A stretch of 64,000 bases of DNA, taken from the NCBI GenBank assembly GCA_965197925.1, contig CBDAOC010000018.1, positions 128,001-192,000 on the forward strand, written 5' to 3'. The first letter of the stretch is position 1. Each line of letters opens with the position of its first letter. This document shows, piece by piece, positions 33,018-44,952 of the stretch. The notes beneath the pieces were generated by a model. The model was given only the letters and a program-made list of their open reading frames with translations, was not told the DNA's origin and made no database searches. The stretch is from Nitrososphaerales archaeon. Its GTDB lineage: Archaea > Thermoproteota > Nitrososphaeria > Nitrososphaerales > UBA213. The translations under genes were made by a program, and so were the position numbers.

Positions 33018-34892
33018 ATGTATAACGTGAACAATAAAGAGCTATACTGTTCCAGGAATCCAGATATCCTTACCTGTAATATGCTATAAAGAAAAATCAT
33101 CGGAGTAACTATGTGAACCTTAGTTTGCTCAATTATTGTTAAAAGACTCAATATGCATACTTTAGAAAACAACGTCCTGGTAATTGAAATTGGCATGTTC
33201 TCTACATTTTCCCTTTTCAAAAATACTCCACTAATCCAAATATTTCTATTATTCATTGAGTCAAAAAAACTTTGATAATTTGTACGATTTTTTAGTTTCT
33301 ATGCAAAAGAGTTTCAAATAGCAAGGCTTTATACTCAAAACCAAACTCCATTCTTTCATACTATATAACCATCTTTCTGGTTCAACATGCTTCCTTGAAG
33401 ACATTATTCGCTGGAACTTTCATAAAATTACTCCTTAACTTCTTCAGCTGCTCATATGATAGAAAGCATTTTACTCAAAGCTTCATCTTTTCATACAACA
33501 TTCCCAGATCATTCCTATGAATCCTATTCAACTAGTCTATTGGCTGATTGTGAGAATTATTTATGCCAAGTATGTACGTATCTTCTCCTCTAGAAAATCC
33601 ACATTTGACCGAAAGCGAAATTTTATTTATTTTTTTCTATTAGATTGTTATTTTCTATTAGATTGTTACGTTTTTTTCTTACTATCTCCCTCCATTAGTA
33701 TATAGTATATGGCAAATATAGGAGAAATTGTCTGTGAATAAATAATTATAACATGGTTTTTTTTGGAAAGCCAGCTTTGGACAAAACTAGCTTCTTTGAT
33801 TGCCTTTTAGAACCTCTCCGATCTACTTCCAGATATCTCTCGCGTCTGAACCTTCTCCTTGTATCTCGTGAAAATCAACAATTATGGTAGTTATTCTTTA
33901 GGATCCCTTACTCCTAGCTCAATAATTTGGCCATGAGTTAGGTGTGTTTATCTGAAGAAACCAACTAGTTAATATTGGCATGCTGTTGTAGTTTCTTTGG
34001 ACTTTATAGCACAATCAAACAATTGCTGAACCTGTTAGTTTTTGCAAGCTAACAAAGGCTTGACATTATAAGTCATATGGCGTTTTACGTCACATAACAT
34101 CAACGTTATGATGTATTAATGCAACACAACTAGAGATATTTAGCTGGTGAATTAGACAAAATCCCTTAACAATATGAAGAAAATAAGTATCAGTAATAGA
34201 ACAGAAAGAGGATCTTCATACATGGAAGGAAAATCATGAATGTGGACTTACGGTAGAATCTGTGTTTATATTCTCTGTATTCAAGCGTAACTTTGGTTTT
34301 GGTGAACATGTGAAGCCAGTAAGATGGAAGAATATGGTGAAGGAACTAATGCTAAAAGCTCTATATGTAACATGTTCATTGCGATGAATCCAAAAGGGTT
34401 TGTATACCGCTATAATATGGTAATTATTCGGCATATGAAATAAATTTACTTCTTTTCTGAAAGAAAAAGGAAATTTTTGTTTTTGATTGGTTCCTAATCC
34501 CATCCACATTCCGAGAGCATATGTTATAACCTCTCAAAAGGGTTCGCTCTCCTACTCTTGGGACTTGTCTAACTTCTAAAGCGACAGCTTTGAAAAGCGG
34601 GAAGCCATAACAATATAAACTAAAATCCATTCTTACCTTGAAAAGCGGGAAGCCATAACAATATAAACTAAAATCCATTCTTACCTTCTTTTTTTGGGGG
34701 TTTAATTCGTATTGATCCATTGACTTATTTAATACCTTGAATATGTATTCATGCATTCCAACTAAAGAATAATTTCAATTACCTAATGCAGAAGCTACAA
34801 ATGGGAATTTAGATTGATTCTATCTGAAACAGTAAGGCTTAGTAACTGCTAATACATACCTTATTAACATAGTAAACGCTACTATATGTGAG

Positions 34893-35117
34893 ATGAAAAC
34901 AAGAACCAATGAAGATCCTGGAATAAATCGCATGTATAAAACTATTCAGTCTTATCTAGATGGTAAGAACGACTGCGCTGAGGTGGTTAGTTATATGAGG
35001 GAGTCTGGTCTCAAATCAGAAATACTTGCTGGAATTATGAGGCAACTCTCCGATTTTGGTGATATTGATAGATATTCATTGTTGCGTCAAGAATGTAAGT
35101 TATTTGGTTTGTACTGA
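34893..35117 (+). CDS. Hypothetical protein
   Basis: ATG ORF, 74 aa. Confidence 0.5.
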   Translation: MKTRTNEDPGINRMYKTIQSYLDGKNDCAEVVSYMRESGLKSEILAGIMRQLSDFGDIDRYSLLRQECKLFGLY

Positions 35118-35177
35118 TGTCTGCAAATATGAATTGGGTGATATGTGACGAGTAATATCAGGGAAAATATAGAATAA

Positions 35178-35441
35178 ATGAATTCTAAAAGTATGAAAAT
35201 AATAGAGATATCTAATCAGGCTACGCACTCCCCAACTGAGGATCTCAAACATCGCGTTTCCTTCCAGAAGCAGCAAAAGCAAGCCAAAAATGATCTGGTC
35301 AGTGAATTGATGACACTACTGAGCGAAAGTAGAAAAATGAAACTCAATGAGTCAGATAGCGCCTTGTTAGATGCATCTCTAACTAAATTAAATAAAAAAC
35401 TTTACGACGCTACTAGTCTAACTATACTAACTATACTTTGA
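35178..35441 (+). CDS. Hypothetical helical protein
   Basis: ATG ORF, 87 aa. Confidence 0.45.
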   Translation: MNSKSMKIIEISNQATHSPTEDLKHRVSFQKQQKQAKNDLVSELMTLLSESRKMKLNESDSALLDASLTKLNKKLYDATSLTILTIL

Positions 35442-35501
35442 TTATTATTCATATATTGTCAGGAAAACCAAATTATAGTCATCGAATCTCCTATATGTAA
35501 T

Positions 35502-36595
35502 TGAGGCTTGGGCGTAATTTAGTTCGAAACGATAAGATTAGATTTCTAGTTCATATTGGTAATGTGTTTAGCTCAGACTCCATACTCCTTCGCATATTAT
35601 TTTTGATTGACGTGATTCCTCGGCCAAAACCTAATAGGAAAAGGGTAGACCATTCTACTATTCTCCTACAGTAATGATGAGATGCTTCATCGTTAGAGTA
35701 TGGGTAAGAATACCAAGCAACAATGCTTTGTATGAATACTATTCGTTAGACATGCCATACAACAGGAGAGTTATGGAATCATGTGGTCTTGATAGGTTGC
35801 CAGACAGAAGAACATTCGACAGAAGGTCAAGGCCATATCAATTGACATAAGATCAAGGATAGATGTTATGGGTATGCTCTTCATAAAAGATGGGTTGGTA
35901 GACTCATCCATAGTATCCGTTGACAGTTCATTGTTGAAAGCAAAGGGACATGTATGGCATAGATCAAACATGAAGAAGAATGAAGTGCCACGCTCCGGTA
36001 TAGATACAGATGCTCGATGGGGCTACAGCAGAACCAAGGGATGGGTATTCGGATACAAGATGCATCTAGCATGTAGTACTGGTTCGTTGATAGTTCCATT
36101 ATCAGCTGATTTCACAACAGCTAACATTACTGATAACAAGATGTATGAAAGCATAACATCTTCATTGCCTACAGGAATGGTAAGGTATGTTGTAGGAGAT
36201 GAAGGATATGATGATCACAAGTTATGTGATTTCAGCAGGTATAGAGGGTATCCAGTATTCCCATTGGAAAGGTACAAGCATACTACAGATAATAATAGAC
36301 TGGCATTGCTGCAGTTCTATCAATCGGAATTTGAGCATGTATATTCTCGGAGGAGCATAAGCGTTGAGCCATTGACAGAGCAGATAAAGGATGTATTTGA
36401 TATAGACCCACTACCTGTTAGAGGATTTGATAAAGCTAGGAGCATCGTTCTGATTTCTATATTGCTATACCAGCTGATGGTATACTATAACTACTTGACA
36501 GGAAGACCATTAAGGGCATTGAAGCATATGTTGGGAAGTTAATCAATCAGAGGCATCAAGTTATTTTTGTTATATGGAATAATGCCAATGCCTCA
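35502..36595 (+). mobile_element. IS with DDE_Tnp_1-type transposase, copy 2 (frameshifted 5' part)
   Basis: Same IRs and closely similar sequence to 22871-23965; intact frame only from 35868. Confidence 0.88.
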
Positions 36596-36619
36596 AATAT
36601 TTAATTAATTGACAATCTA

Positions 36620-36801
36620 GTTTCAATCCTTGTTATTATGGATTCATCATTATGATTATGATCATTCGTTCATAACGATCCCAGAGTGTCGGTTTCAATC
36701 CTTGTTATTATGGATTCATCATTATGATTCAAGTGTATGCTCATCGACCTCAATCCGTATATTAGTTTCAATCCTTGTTATTATGGATTCATCATTATGA
36801 T
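36620..36801 (-). CRISPR. Orphan CRISPR mini-array: 3 identical 37-bp repeats, 2 spacers (35 and 36 bp)
   Basis: GTTTCAATCCTTGTTATTATGGATTCATCATTATGAT at 36620, 36692 and 36765; the reverse strand ends in ATTGAAAC with an AATCC/GGATT hairpin; orientation inferred from that end motif. Confidence 0.92.
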
Positions 36802-38030
36802 CTTTATCGTCGTAATATGCTGTTAATTTCTCTCCAGATGCGTTTGTCAATCTATCTTTTGGGCATAACCTTGATGGAATCTCCATCATTGATGATGGTT
36901 ATTCTTTTGATTCGTTTTCCAGGATTATTTACAAAGTTTGGTTTTGTACCGGCTTGTTTGATTAAATCCATGCACTTGTCCCGTCCAAGAGCAAGATCAA
37001 CGTTGGTTGCTTTGGCAGGTGTCTTGCCATTCAGACCCCTTATGTGGCTTTACAAAGTTATGGTTTATCTTCAACAGTTCTGAGAATGTCTGGACTGATT
37101 CATCATTGCCCAGTCCACTCCTTGCCTTGAGTCTCTCCCTGATTTTGTTGTGGTATATTTCCATTGGCCTGTTACAAATCCGTCTTTTAGTGATTTTGTC
37201 TTAATGTGCACTGTCCTGTTTTCAAATTCTTTTCTGATTGCCTCTTGGTAGGAGTTTAGGGGATCGGTTAGAATATGGTTCGGGTTTTTTTGATACCGTC
37301 CTCTTACCGCTTGGAATAATCTTCCTTGCATTTGCAACTTCACGTCTTTTGGAGACTTTTGTAGATATGGGAAATCGGGTTTTAGGATTTATAATACTCC
37401 ATAACCAATCATAAAATCCCTTTCCGGCCTTCTTTATGTTCTTGACGTTTAGAACCATTTCATCAAGTGACCAGGCATCACCTAAATCAGGATAAAATGA
37501 TTCTACATATTCTTTGATCAAGTATATGTGATTTTTTTATCCAGTTGATGACAGACACATGGGTTATTGAAATTCTATGTGTTGATTCTATATGTCTTGC
37601 AGTATTTCTGTATGAAACACCAGATATTACTAGGTTGATTGATTCGTAGATTATCTTGGGATCCGATGATACCTTTGAAAAACCATTCTCACCCAGAACG
37701 AATTTTCTATTGCATTGCTTGCAAGAATATTTCTGTCGTTTTGTTCCGTTTTTAAGCTTTCTGAATCCATGTTTGACTATAATGATAGAGTTGCATCTTG
37801 GACATATCTGTAGTCTTTCAGTCTTTTCGATTCTGTTTTGAATGGGAGATATTTTCTTTTAGGATAACGCAGCTCTGAATATACCCGCAATGCTTGTCAT
37901 CCTGCGTTCTTAACCTGTAATGAAAGTCATGGCATTCACAAGTCCAAATATCAACATCCGGGAATCTCTGAATGTTATACTGTTTTTTTGAGTTTTGGGA
38001 ATCTACAACATGTGGTTGTTTGTAATTTTA
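36802..38030 (-). pseudogene. IS6/IS1-like DDE transposase pseudogene with SWIM and Zn-ribbon N-terminus
   Basis: Reassembled frames: WTCECHDFHYR..C (SWIM), CPRC..KHGFRK..QKYSCKQC, HTH, WSLDEMVL, LTDPLNSY, HNFVKPHKGLNGKTPA; several frameshifts. Confidence 0.8.
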
Positions 38031-38214
38031 GTATACTTAAAAGTAATCCCTTACCAATTGGATCACGCCCGGGAATAGAAACAAATCTACCACCGGCTTT
38101 CTGCAGGATATGATGACTTCTCTTGTGACTATAGATCCATTCTTTATCTCTAAGAAATTTTATTATATCCCTACTGGATACCTGAGGAAGCCTAGTCACT
38201 CGTGTTTTCAACAA
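38030..38214 (-). pseudogene. hicA: HicA-like toxin, 3' end fused to the transposase region
   Basis: LPQVSSRDIIKFL..W....SHHILQK...VSIP..DPIGKGLLLSIL. Confidence 0.7.
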
Positions 38215-38400
38215 TAATCAAGTTAAATTCTTTTTCTACCCCACGAGCTAAGTATTCCTTCTGCGGCTTTATGCATTTCTTATAGCCTCATCCTCCGTAG
38301 CCCCATCTGTAACTAAACCTTGTAAATCTAAGGATCTAGCTACGATTCTACCATCTTTATCTTGTTCTAATACTATTATACGATTGTTTCGTTATTAATG
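38197..38400 (-). pseudogene. hicB: HicB-like antitoxin, frameshifted
   Basis: RIIVLEQDKDGRIVARSLDLQGLVTDGATEDEAIRNA; not in the ORF track; boundaries approximate. Confidence 0.7.
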
Positions 38401-38626
38401 ATTCCGCAATGAATTGAAACTAGAAAAGTCAAAAGCAAAACTTGATTTTGGGAAAATAATTCAAGTTGAATCCGTCCATTCTCTTCAAGTTAAGAAGGTT
38501 GATGGTGAAAAATATGCAGAAAAATGTGAAGGTCGTCTTTTAGTTGAAGGAACCGATATTGATTTTGCGAGTGTGCGGAACGATGACAACCAACGATATC
38601 GCCCCATTTTTAGAGATGAATTATCT

Positions 38627-39513
38627 CAACTCATCTCAAAACTAACCATTTAGACAATTTTTAGCGACCATTTAGATCTATGAATAGCATCTATGAATAG
38701 CGACATCTAAAATTATTTTATGAAATTCCAAGAATTATCAGACAAACAGTGGAGTATGATGGAATCACACATACCACCACATGCAAAAACTGGCAGGCCT
38801 AGAGATGATGATAGAAAAATCATTAACGGAATAATCCATGTTCTAACTACTGGATGCCGATGGGACGATATGCCAAAAAGATATGGTGATGATTCTACTG
38901 CAAACAGAAGGTTAAACAAATGGCAACAAAAAGGAATCTGGAAAAATATTCTATCACGTACTATTCACTCAGCACATAAATCTGGCAAAATTAATCTACA
39001 AAAAATATCAGTTGACTCTTCATCCATTCCTGATAAAAAAGGGGCAATGTAACTGGATATAATGGATTCAAGAGAATAACAGGTACAAAAATACATGCCG
39101 CAGTAGAGGGTAACGGATTTCCAATATCCATACTGCTGAGTCCGGCAAATGAACATGACAGTACAAAATGCATGGATGTTACAGGATCAATTTCAGACTA
39201 TCTTGATGATGATTCAATACAACAGATAGAACCAGTTTATGCAGACAAAATGATGCAAAATACATCAGAATGTATTTGTGGGATAGAAATATTGCATGTT
39301 GCATCCCATACAAAATAAATTCCAAGTTCATCTTGCAAAATAATGATTGCAAACATTACAACAAGACAAGATTTGTAGTTGAGAGATTCTTTGCATGGCT
39401 CAAGAATGGATTTCACAGAACAAGAATCAGGTATGAAAGAACGGCAGAAAACTATCTGGCATTTGTTAATCTTGCATCATTTTTGATGTATTGTAGGGTT
39501 TTGAGATGAGTTG
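38627..39513 (+). mobile_element. IS5-family element, diverged and decayed relative of the 880-bp IS
   Basis: Perfect IR CAACTCATCTCAAAAC / GTTTTGAGATGAGTTG; ORFs 38720-39052 and 39270-39509 homologous to copies 1 and 2; flanks TCT/ATG (no duplication). Confidence 0.9.
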
Positions 39514-39822
39514 ATGTTCAAATTCAGAAAACAACAAATTCTAATAAAAAAGGCTAAATCCTAGATTATGAAAGAACTTAATGGATTTAAAGCCGACTCG
39601 CATCTTATGCACTACGTCATAAGCCATGGATCTATGAAATTAAAATAGATAATGAAGGCATCACATCTGACTACTGGACAGGGAGAAGCAGAATTAAGGT
39701 AAACATCATGCCAAAGTCGCATTTGTTCATAAATTCAAGCCGTCCTAGTATGGGGGTTACCACTATGTAAACCAAAAATTAAAGTCCGAATAGGGCAGCA
39801 GGAAAGCCATAGTAAAACTTAC

Positions 39823-40068
39823 CTACGAAGTTCTCCGGTTACCCTTTTCGAAGAGAGAATCTACTATGATAGGCGCAAATAGCATAAGTATTACCAAACC
39901 CAAACCCAAACCAAACTTGTAACTCTCCGTAGAGTTTGGAAACGTCCAACTGAAGCTGTCCTCAATAAAAAGTATGTAAGCTATAACACAGGTGAACGTA
40001 AAAAGTAATATGTTCTTCAAATTCAACATCGGTTTCAAGTTTAGCTTGAGCCGATCGATGTTGTTCAT
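39823..40068 (-). CDS. Small membrane protein with 2 TM segments
   Basis: Two hydrophobic segments. Confidence 0.5.
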   Translation of the reverse strand: MNNIDRLKLNLKPMLNLKNILLFTFTCVIAYILFIEDSFSWTFPNSTESYKFGLGLGLVILMLFAPIIVDSLFEKGNRRTS

Positions 40069-40287
40069 TACTTATACTTTGAGTGTTTTGATATTAAATT
40101 TATTTTGAATATGGAATAAAATACTGGGCTATTTTAGAGAAGTATAACGGGTAAATAATAACAAAAGAAATTCAGACATGGAATGCAAAATAAGAGAAAA
40201 TGAGAACATAGGGCTTGCTCGGCTAATTTGACATTTCCTTAATAGTGGTTTACATTAAGTTATACCCTTATTCTTTGAAGGTATAGA

Positions 40288-40803
40288 TCACTGACTTGAA
40301 AGGGTATCACTATGATAATTTACTTCATGACCATTATCTCTACAATATTCCTCATATGCCTGTCTTGACAGTTGGTCTGCTTCTGCATTATTTTCTCTAT
40401 TGACCCATATGAAACGCAGGCTCGCATTCACCTTGAACATCAGTCTTTTTGCTTCCTTAAATTTCGCAACATAAAGACCATTTTTGACTTTCCACTTACC
40501 CGTCATCTGCTCCACGACAAGTTTCGAGTCCAATTTTACTGAGATATTGCCTTGAATACCCTTTTGTATCAGATACTCGAGAAGTGCTACTAGACCAGAA
40601 TATTCTGCAACGTTGTTACTCATTCCATCGCCCTTACCGACGAATTTGGCCTCTTGATGAATTTTCACCATATTCCTATCATATACGACAAAACCATATG
40701 TTGCAACTCCACCTGGATTGACAGGTTCACATAGACCATCTATGAATGAAGTAAAGTCCTTTTCAGGTGCTAAATAGTCATCAAAAGACATCTGTTTAGT
40801 CAT
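40288..40803 (-). CDS. rnhA: Ribonuclease HI (archaeal type)
   Basis: FIDGLCEPVNPGG, SNNVAEY, LDSKLVVEQMTGKWKV, WVNRENNAEADQLS. Confidence 0.88.
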   Translation of the reverse strand: MTKQMSFDDYLAPEKDFTSFIDGLCEPVNPGGVATYGFVVYDRNMVKIHQEAKFVGKGDGMSNNVAEYSGLVALLEYLIQKGIQGNISVKLDSKLVVEQMTGKWKVKNGLYVAKFKEAKRLMFKVNASLRFIWVNRENNAEADQLSRQAYEEYCRDNGHEVNYHSDTLSSQ

Positions 40804-41852
40804 TGGAAAAACCTATGGTAGAGCTGTTAACTGTTTAGCATGGTATATCCCTTTTGGTGAAGTTTCTTTACTTACCTTTCTCTACCTCTGTTCTTATTAT
40901 CTTAATAATAGATCACTGTTTATTGAATTATCAGTAGAATACAGAGTTGTTCTTAGTTACAGTTTTGATATTAGGATAATTCTTACTTTACTTACCTCTT
41001 ACTTTACCATAAGGTTTAGTGGTTAGATTGAAAAGGGGATATAGATAGAAAAAAGATTTTGAACGGTACTACCATATATACTACTGTTAATACGAATGTA
41101 TTCACCAAACATGCTAAACAATGCAAAGAACAATCCTACTGGTAATACCTCAATTATAGTCTAGCAATTGGACTTTGCATTTGCCCATGGTGTGACACCA
41201 TCACCAGTTGTGTGACAGTCAATTACTGTGTCAATAAAGAAGGTGATAGGGTTATTATATTAATTCAATCAAAATTGCTTACCTCCAACATCATATCTTA
41301 ATATGTATCAGAATATTGTCTATTGGAGTATTGGAGGAAATACCTAACCTAACTTCGGTATCTTGGTTCACTTGTAGTGACATGGTAGTCCTTTTGTATT
41401 AAATTCTAACAGCACTCAAGTACTTTTCTAAATTAAGAATTTTCTAAATTAAGAATATTACAATAATCCATGTGTGAACTTCAGCATTATGGGAATTATT
41501 ATTTTAATATATTCATATGTAATTGAATCCTTTTTTATTTCCCTTACACTTCATCATATGGGAGGAATAATCAATTCAATTTTTGAGACTCATTATCATA
41601 CCTCTTGTTTATTGAGGGTACACACCAAACTGTGTAGTTATTGAAGTGGGGCTTCAATTAATCTCACTAAATCCTGTAACTTGGACAATAATCGAATGGG
41701 TATATCAGGGATAACTTTCTACTGTGTTTGGAATTGGTATCAAGCTTCTAAAAAGAATCTTCCTCACCCTTAATAATTCATATACAAATATCTGATGGGA
41801 TAGTTATCGATTCAGCTTTTTGGCAACCATCTGGAAATTATTATATATTTAG

Positions 41853-42884
41853 TTGAGGAATTATGCAATAATGAGCATAACTTGGGTGAGGTTGTTCCAG
41901 TTTAATCTTGATAGAATATCATCCATTATAGAGTATTCATTGTCGAAACAAAGAAGACACTTTCTGTTGCTAACAGGGATATTCTTCATCAGTATTTTTC
42001 TTCTTTTCATGGCGGCTGCTTGGCTTTCAATATCATCAACGAGGGGAGAATTTGGTCACCCACCTGTAGGTGTTTACCCAAATTATTTCGACTTTACACC
42101 GGAGAATATCGCTAATACAATATCCTACTGGCGATCTCCAACATACGGACTTATTGAGAAGATAGAATTTTTGCTCAACACCTCCATATTGATATATGGT
42201 TCATATAATCCCGAAACTAATGTTGTTTCGGGAGCGTTTCAGGTCGGTTTAGGCCAATTACTAGGTATAGTTTCAATGGCTTTTCTAATGAGTATGTACA
42301 CGAACCTTTGGTTACTCTCTAGGAGAAATGGTTATAGAATTAGTGCAGTTGCTAAAGGAACAGGCTTTCTAGCTGCAAGTGGAGCAGGAGCGAGTGGTAT
42401 TTTCTCGATGTTATTGCTTGCAGGTAGCGATGGAGGGACAGGTGCAAGTGCTCTATTCTTTTCCTTGCCGATTATAGGTCAGTTCTTCAGTGGATTATAT
42501 GCTAAATTTGACACTATGTCAGTTTTACTGATCGTAATCCCTGCAAATTTGTTATTGACCGGTCTGATTGTTTTTTTGGCTAGCAAGTTCCGGGAAATTC
42601 CCACTGCGGAATCCAAAACAACAAAAGAATTTAACGGCTGGTTAAATATTGTTGCTTATCTAATTGTAGCAGTCATCTTTCTATTCACTTTTGCGATTGC
42701 AGTCTACTGGTGGTATTTTCAATCCATAGTAGTGATAAACTCGGGGTTAACGGGCGGAGTTCAGAATGCAACTGTGGCCATTTACACCACGTTACCTTTA
42801 TCCGCATCTCTATTCTTGATGTCAGCCTATACACATCTTCGTTGGACGTTCCGTCAACGGAAGCTCTTGAAAATATCTGGATAA
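41853..42884 (+). CDS. Multi-pass membrane protein of unknown function
   Basis: About 7 hydrophobic segments; start probably ATG at 41871. Confidence 0.7.
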   Translation: MRNYAIMSITWVRLFQFNLDRISSIIEYSLSKQRRHFLLLTGIFFISIFLLFMAAAWLSISSTRGEFGHPPVGVYPNYFDFTPENIANTISYWRSPTYGLIEKIEFLLNTSILIYGSYNPETNVVSGAFQVGLGQLLGIVSMAFLMSMYTNLWLLSRRNGYRISAVAKGTGFLAASGAGASGIFSMLLLAGSDGGTGASALFFSLPIIGQFFSGLYAKFDTMSVLLIVIPANLLLTGLIVFLASKFREIPTAESKTTKEFNGWLNIVAYLIVAVIFLFTFAIAVYWWYFQSIVVINSGLTGGVQNATVAIYTTLPLSASLFLMSAYTHLRWTFRQRKLLKISG

Positions 42885-43421
42885 AGACTTAAAGTCCAGG
42901 CTAAGACTGCATAACAAGATATCTCTAGCTTTTCACTACTCAATTAATAAATATGTAGAAAAAATTGTCCAATTACTCGATTGCTACAAGTCATATTTTT
43001 GGAATGATAATTGATATCTATCAATAGGGAATCCAGTAGAATAGATCAATTATCACTATGTTATACTTCAAACAGTTGTATAACCATGGAGTTGCTCAAG
43101 CTAATTTGAAAGGATAATTTAGGTCCAAATTGTTGATTTGGTAAAAATAACCTAGATGTGAAATACCGTTACTGGTTTCTAATTGTGATATTGATAAGAA
43201 TCTCATAAACCAATTTGGAAAATTGTTAACGAGGTTGTTTTCTCTGGGAAATGTGCCATACAAGTTAAAAATCACATCGAATTGAACTAGTAAACAAAGA
43301 TTTGATGATGTCTGAAATGACTTCATAGGCACACTACGGAAGTTAAGAACCTATAATGCTCTCAATACACATACTAGTATTTAGTTGACTAAATAACATT
43401 TTATACAAACGACACATGTAG

Positions 43422-43703
43422 TTGTATATGACTGAAGAGAAACCACAAGAAAGAGTCGAGGAAAATGAACTAGACCAGAAAGTACAGGAACCTATAAAGA
43501 AGTTCGAGGAACTTGTTGCAAAATATGGAAGGATGCAGAATCTTCATATGTTCGAATCTTTCCATAGTCCTGGGTTTAACAGAAAGCATCCAAGTAAGGT
43601 TAATACTATCAGGTATGTATTAGATGGAAATCAAGTTAAGGTAAGTTGCATATGTGGTGCATCGCTGAATTTGACTGATTACACTAAACTAGGCTTGGCG
43701 TAA
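43422..43703 (+). CDS. Hypothetical protein with C-terminal CxC
   Basis: ORF; TTTTATA upstream. Confidence 0.55.
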   Translation: MYMTEEKPQERVEENELDQKVQEPIKKFEELVAKYGRMQNLHMFESFHSPGFNRKHPSKVNTIRYVLDGNQVKVSCICGASLNLTDYTKLGLA

Positions 43704-43756
43704 CAAGTTTACTTTTATTGAGGCCTAATATTGAGTTGAACGCCCTGACGGAGTAT

Positions 43757-44863
43757 TTATTTTGCCATCTTGGTAAGCAGATCTTTAAATTCACTTTCGC
43801 TGAGAGGTGAGGTTTCTGCTATCTTGATATTTTCCTGCACATGTTCTACCCGCTTATGTCCAACGAGTGGTATAGCACCAGTTGATCTTACAAACTGCAA
43901 ACATCTGAGAGCGGTCGATTCTAAGTTTGCAAATTTCGGTATTGTATTGTCATTCAATAACTGTCCTTGCATGAAGGGTACGCTAGTAAACACACTTACA
44001 CCTAGTTTTTTTGCAACCTCTAGGAATGAAACAGTACTACCATCAACTTCTTGGTTATTCTCAGTCAGTGCTTCACTCATTGCCATATTAAATGGTAGTT
44101 GCACAAATGCAAATCCATTATCCTCCCCACCAACTTCTTTGGCTATATTTGCAACATTTTTTAGGTTAAGATATTCCAGATTGTTCTTAGCAACTCTGAA
44201 ACAGTTCCATGTGGCCAATCCATAATACTTTATCTTTCCTTCCTTCCGCTTCTCCTCATAAAACTGGAACACTTCCTTTAGCATTTGGATGAACTTGAGT
44301 ATCCCAACATCCTGAACCTGACCCTCTACAGAGTTATGCAAATACATCAGGTCTAGGCATTCAAGATCAAGATTTTTCCTGCTCCTCTCGAGCTGTTCCT
44401 CAAGGTAAGGTATAGTCATACAGTGATACCCGGATGAAATATCATCAGCTTTAATTACACCAGTTTTGATGAGCGTGTTTTGGATATAAGTCCAGAACTC
44501 CATTGGCATATCTGCATCGTTTGTTATGTAACCATTCTTTGTACTGATAAAAATTTCATCACGTTTAATCTCTTCTGATCCAATAAGTTCATTCAACGCC
44601 TTTCCGATGGCCCGTTCTGACTTTTGCGCCCGATAATTAACAGCGGTGTCAACCACATTGATTGCCCCAGATTGTATGGACAACTTTACTGCATCCTTCA
44701 CCATCCGATCTGTTGTAGCATCAGATTCACCAAGATATGTACCCATACCAACACTCGTTAGGTAAAGATTTTTTATGGAACGGAAATGCCCTTCTGCACC
44801 AGATTTTACATTTTTCTCCTTGAATCTTGCTGTACCTTCTTCTGTGGCAAATCCTGGGATCAT
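43757..44863 (-). CDS. Aldo/keto reductase
   Basis: GMGTYLG, VDTAVNYR, FISTKNG, LDLMYLHN, VQLPFN. Confidence 0.92.
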   Translation of the reverse strand: MIPGFATEEGTARFKEKNVKSGAEGHFRSIKNLYLTSVGMGTYLGESDATTDRMVKDAVKLSIQSGAINVVDTAVNYRAQKSERAIGKALNELIGSEEIKRDEIFISTKNGYITNDADMPMEFWTYIQNTLIKTGVIKADDISSGYHCMTIPYLEEQLERSRKNLDLECLDLMYLHNSVEGQVQDVGILKFIQMLKEVFQFYEEKRKEGKIKYYGLATWNCFRVAKNNLEYLNLKNVANIAKEVGGEDNGFAFVQLPFNMAMSEALTENNQEVDGSTVSFLEVAKKLGVSVFTSVPFMQGQLLNDNTIPKFANLESTALRCLQFVRSTGAIPLVGHKRVEHVQENIKIAETSPLSESEFKDLLTKMAK

Positions 44864-44952
44864 ATACTGTTTCTACTAATTACCCCTTAAATACTTGAGC
44901 ATAGGCAAAATTCTCCAATTAGATAATGGGATCAAGATAGTTCATTATATTA

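Noticed and set aside
34590..34687. 48-bp repeat as a second CRISPR
   Set aside because: Direct tandem duplication with no spacer
33020..34800. Decayed cas operon next to the array
   Set aside because: Only fragmentary ORFs with no recognisable cas motif
36620..36801. Complete CRISPR-Cas system, or spacers targeting this window
   Set aside because: No ORF with recognisable cas motifs; no match of either spacer found by eye (needs a real search)
36775..37204. Plus-strand ORFs overlapping the CRISPR repeat
   Set aside because: Antisense shadows of the transposase pseudogene
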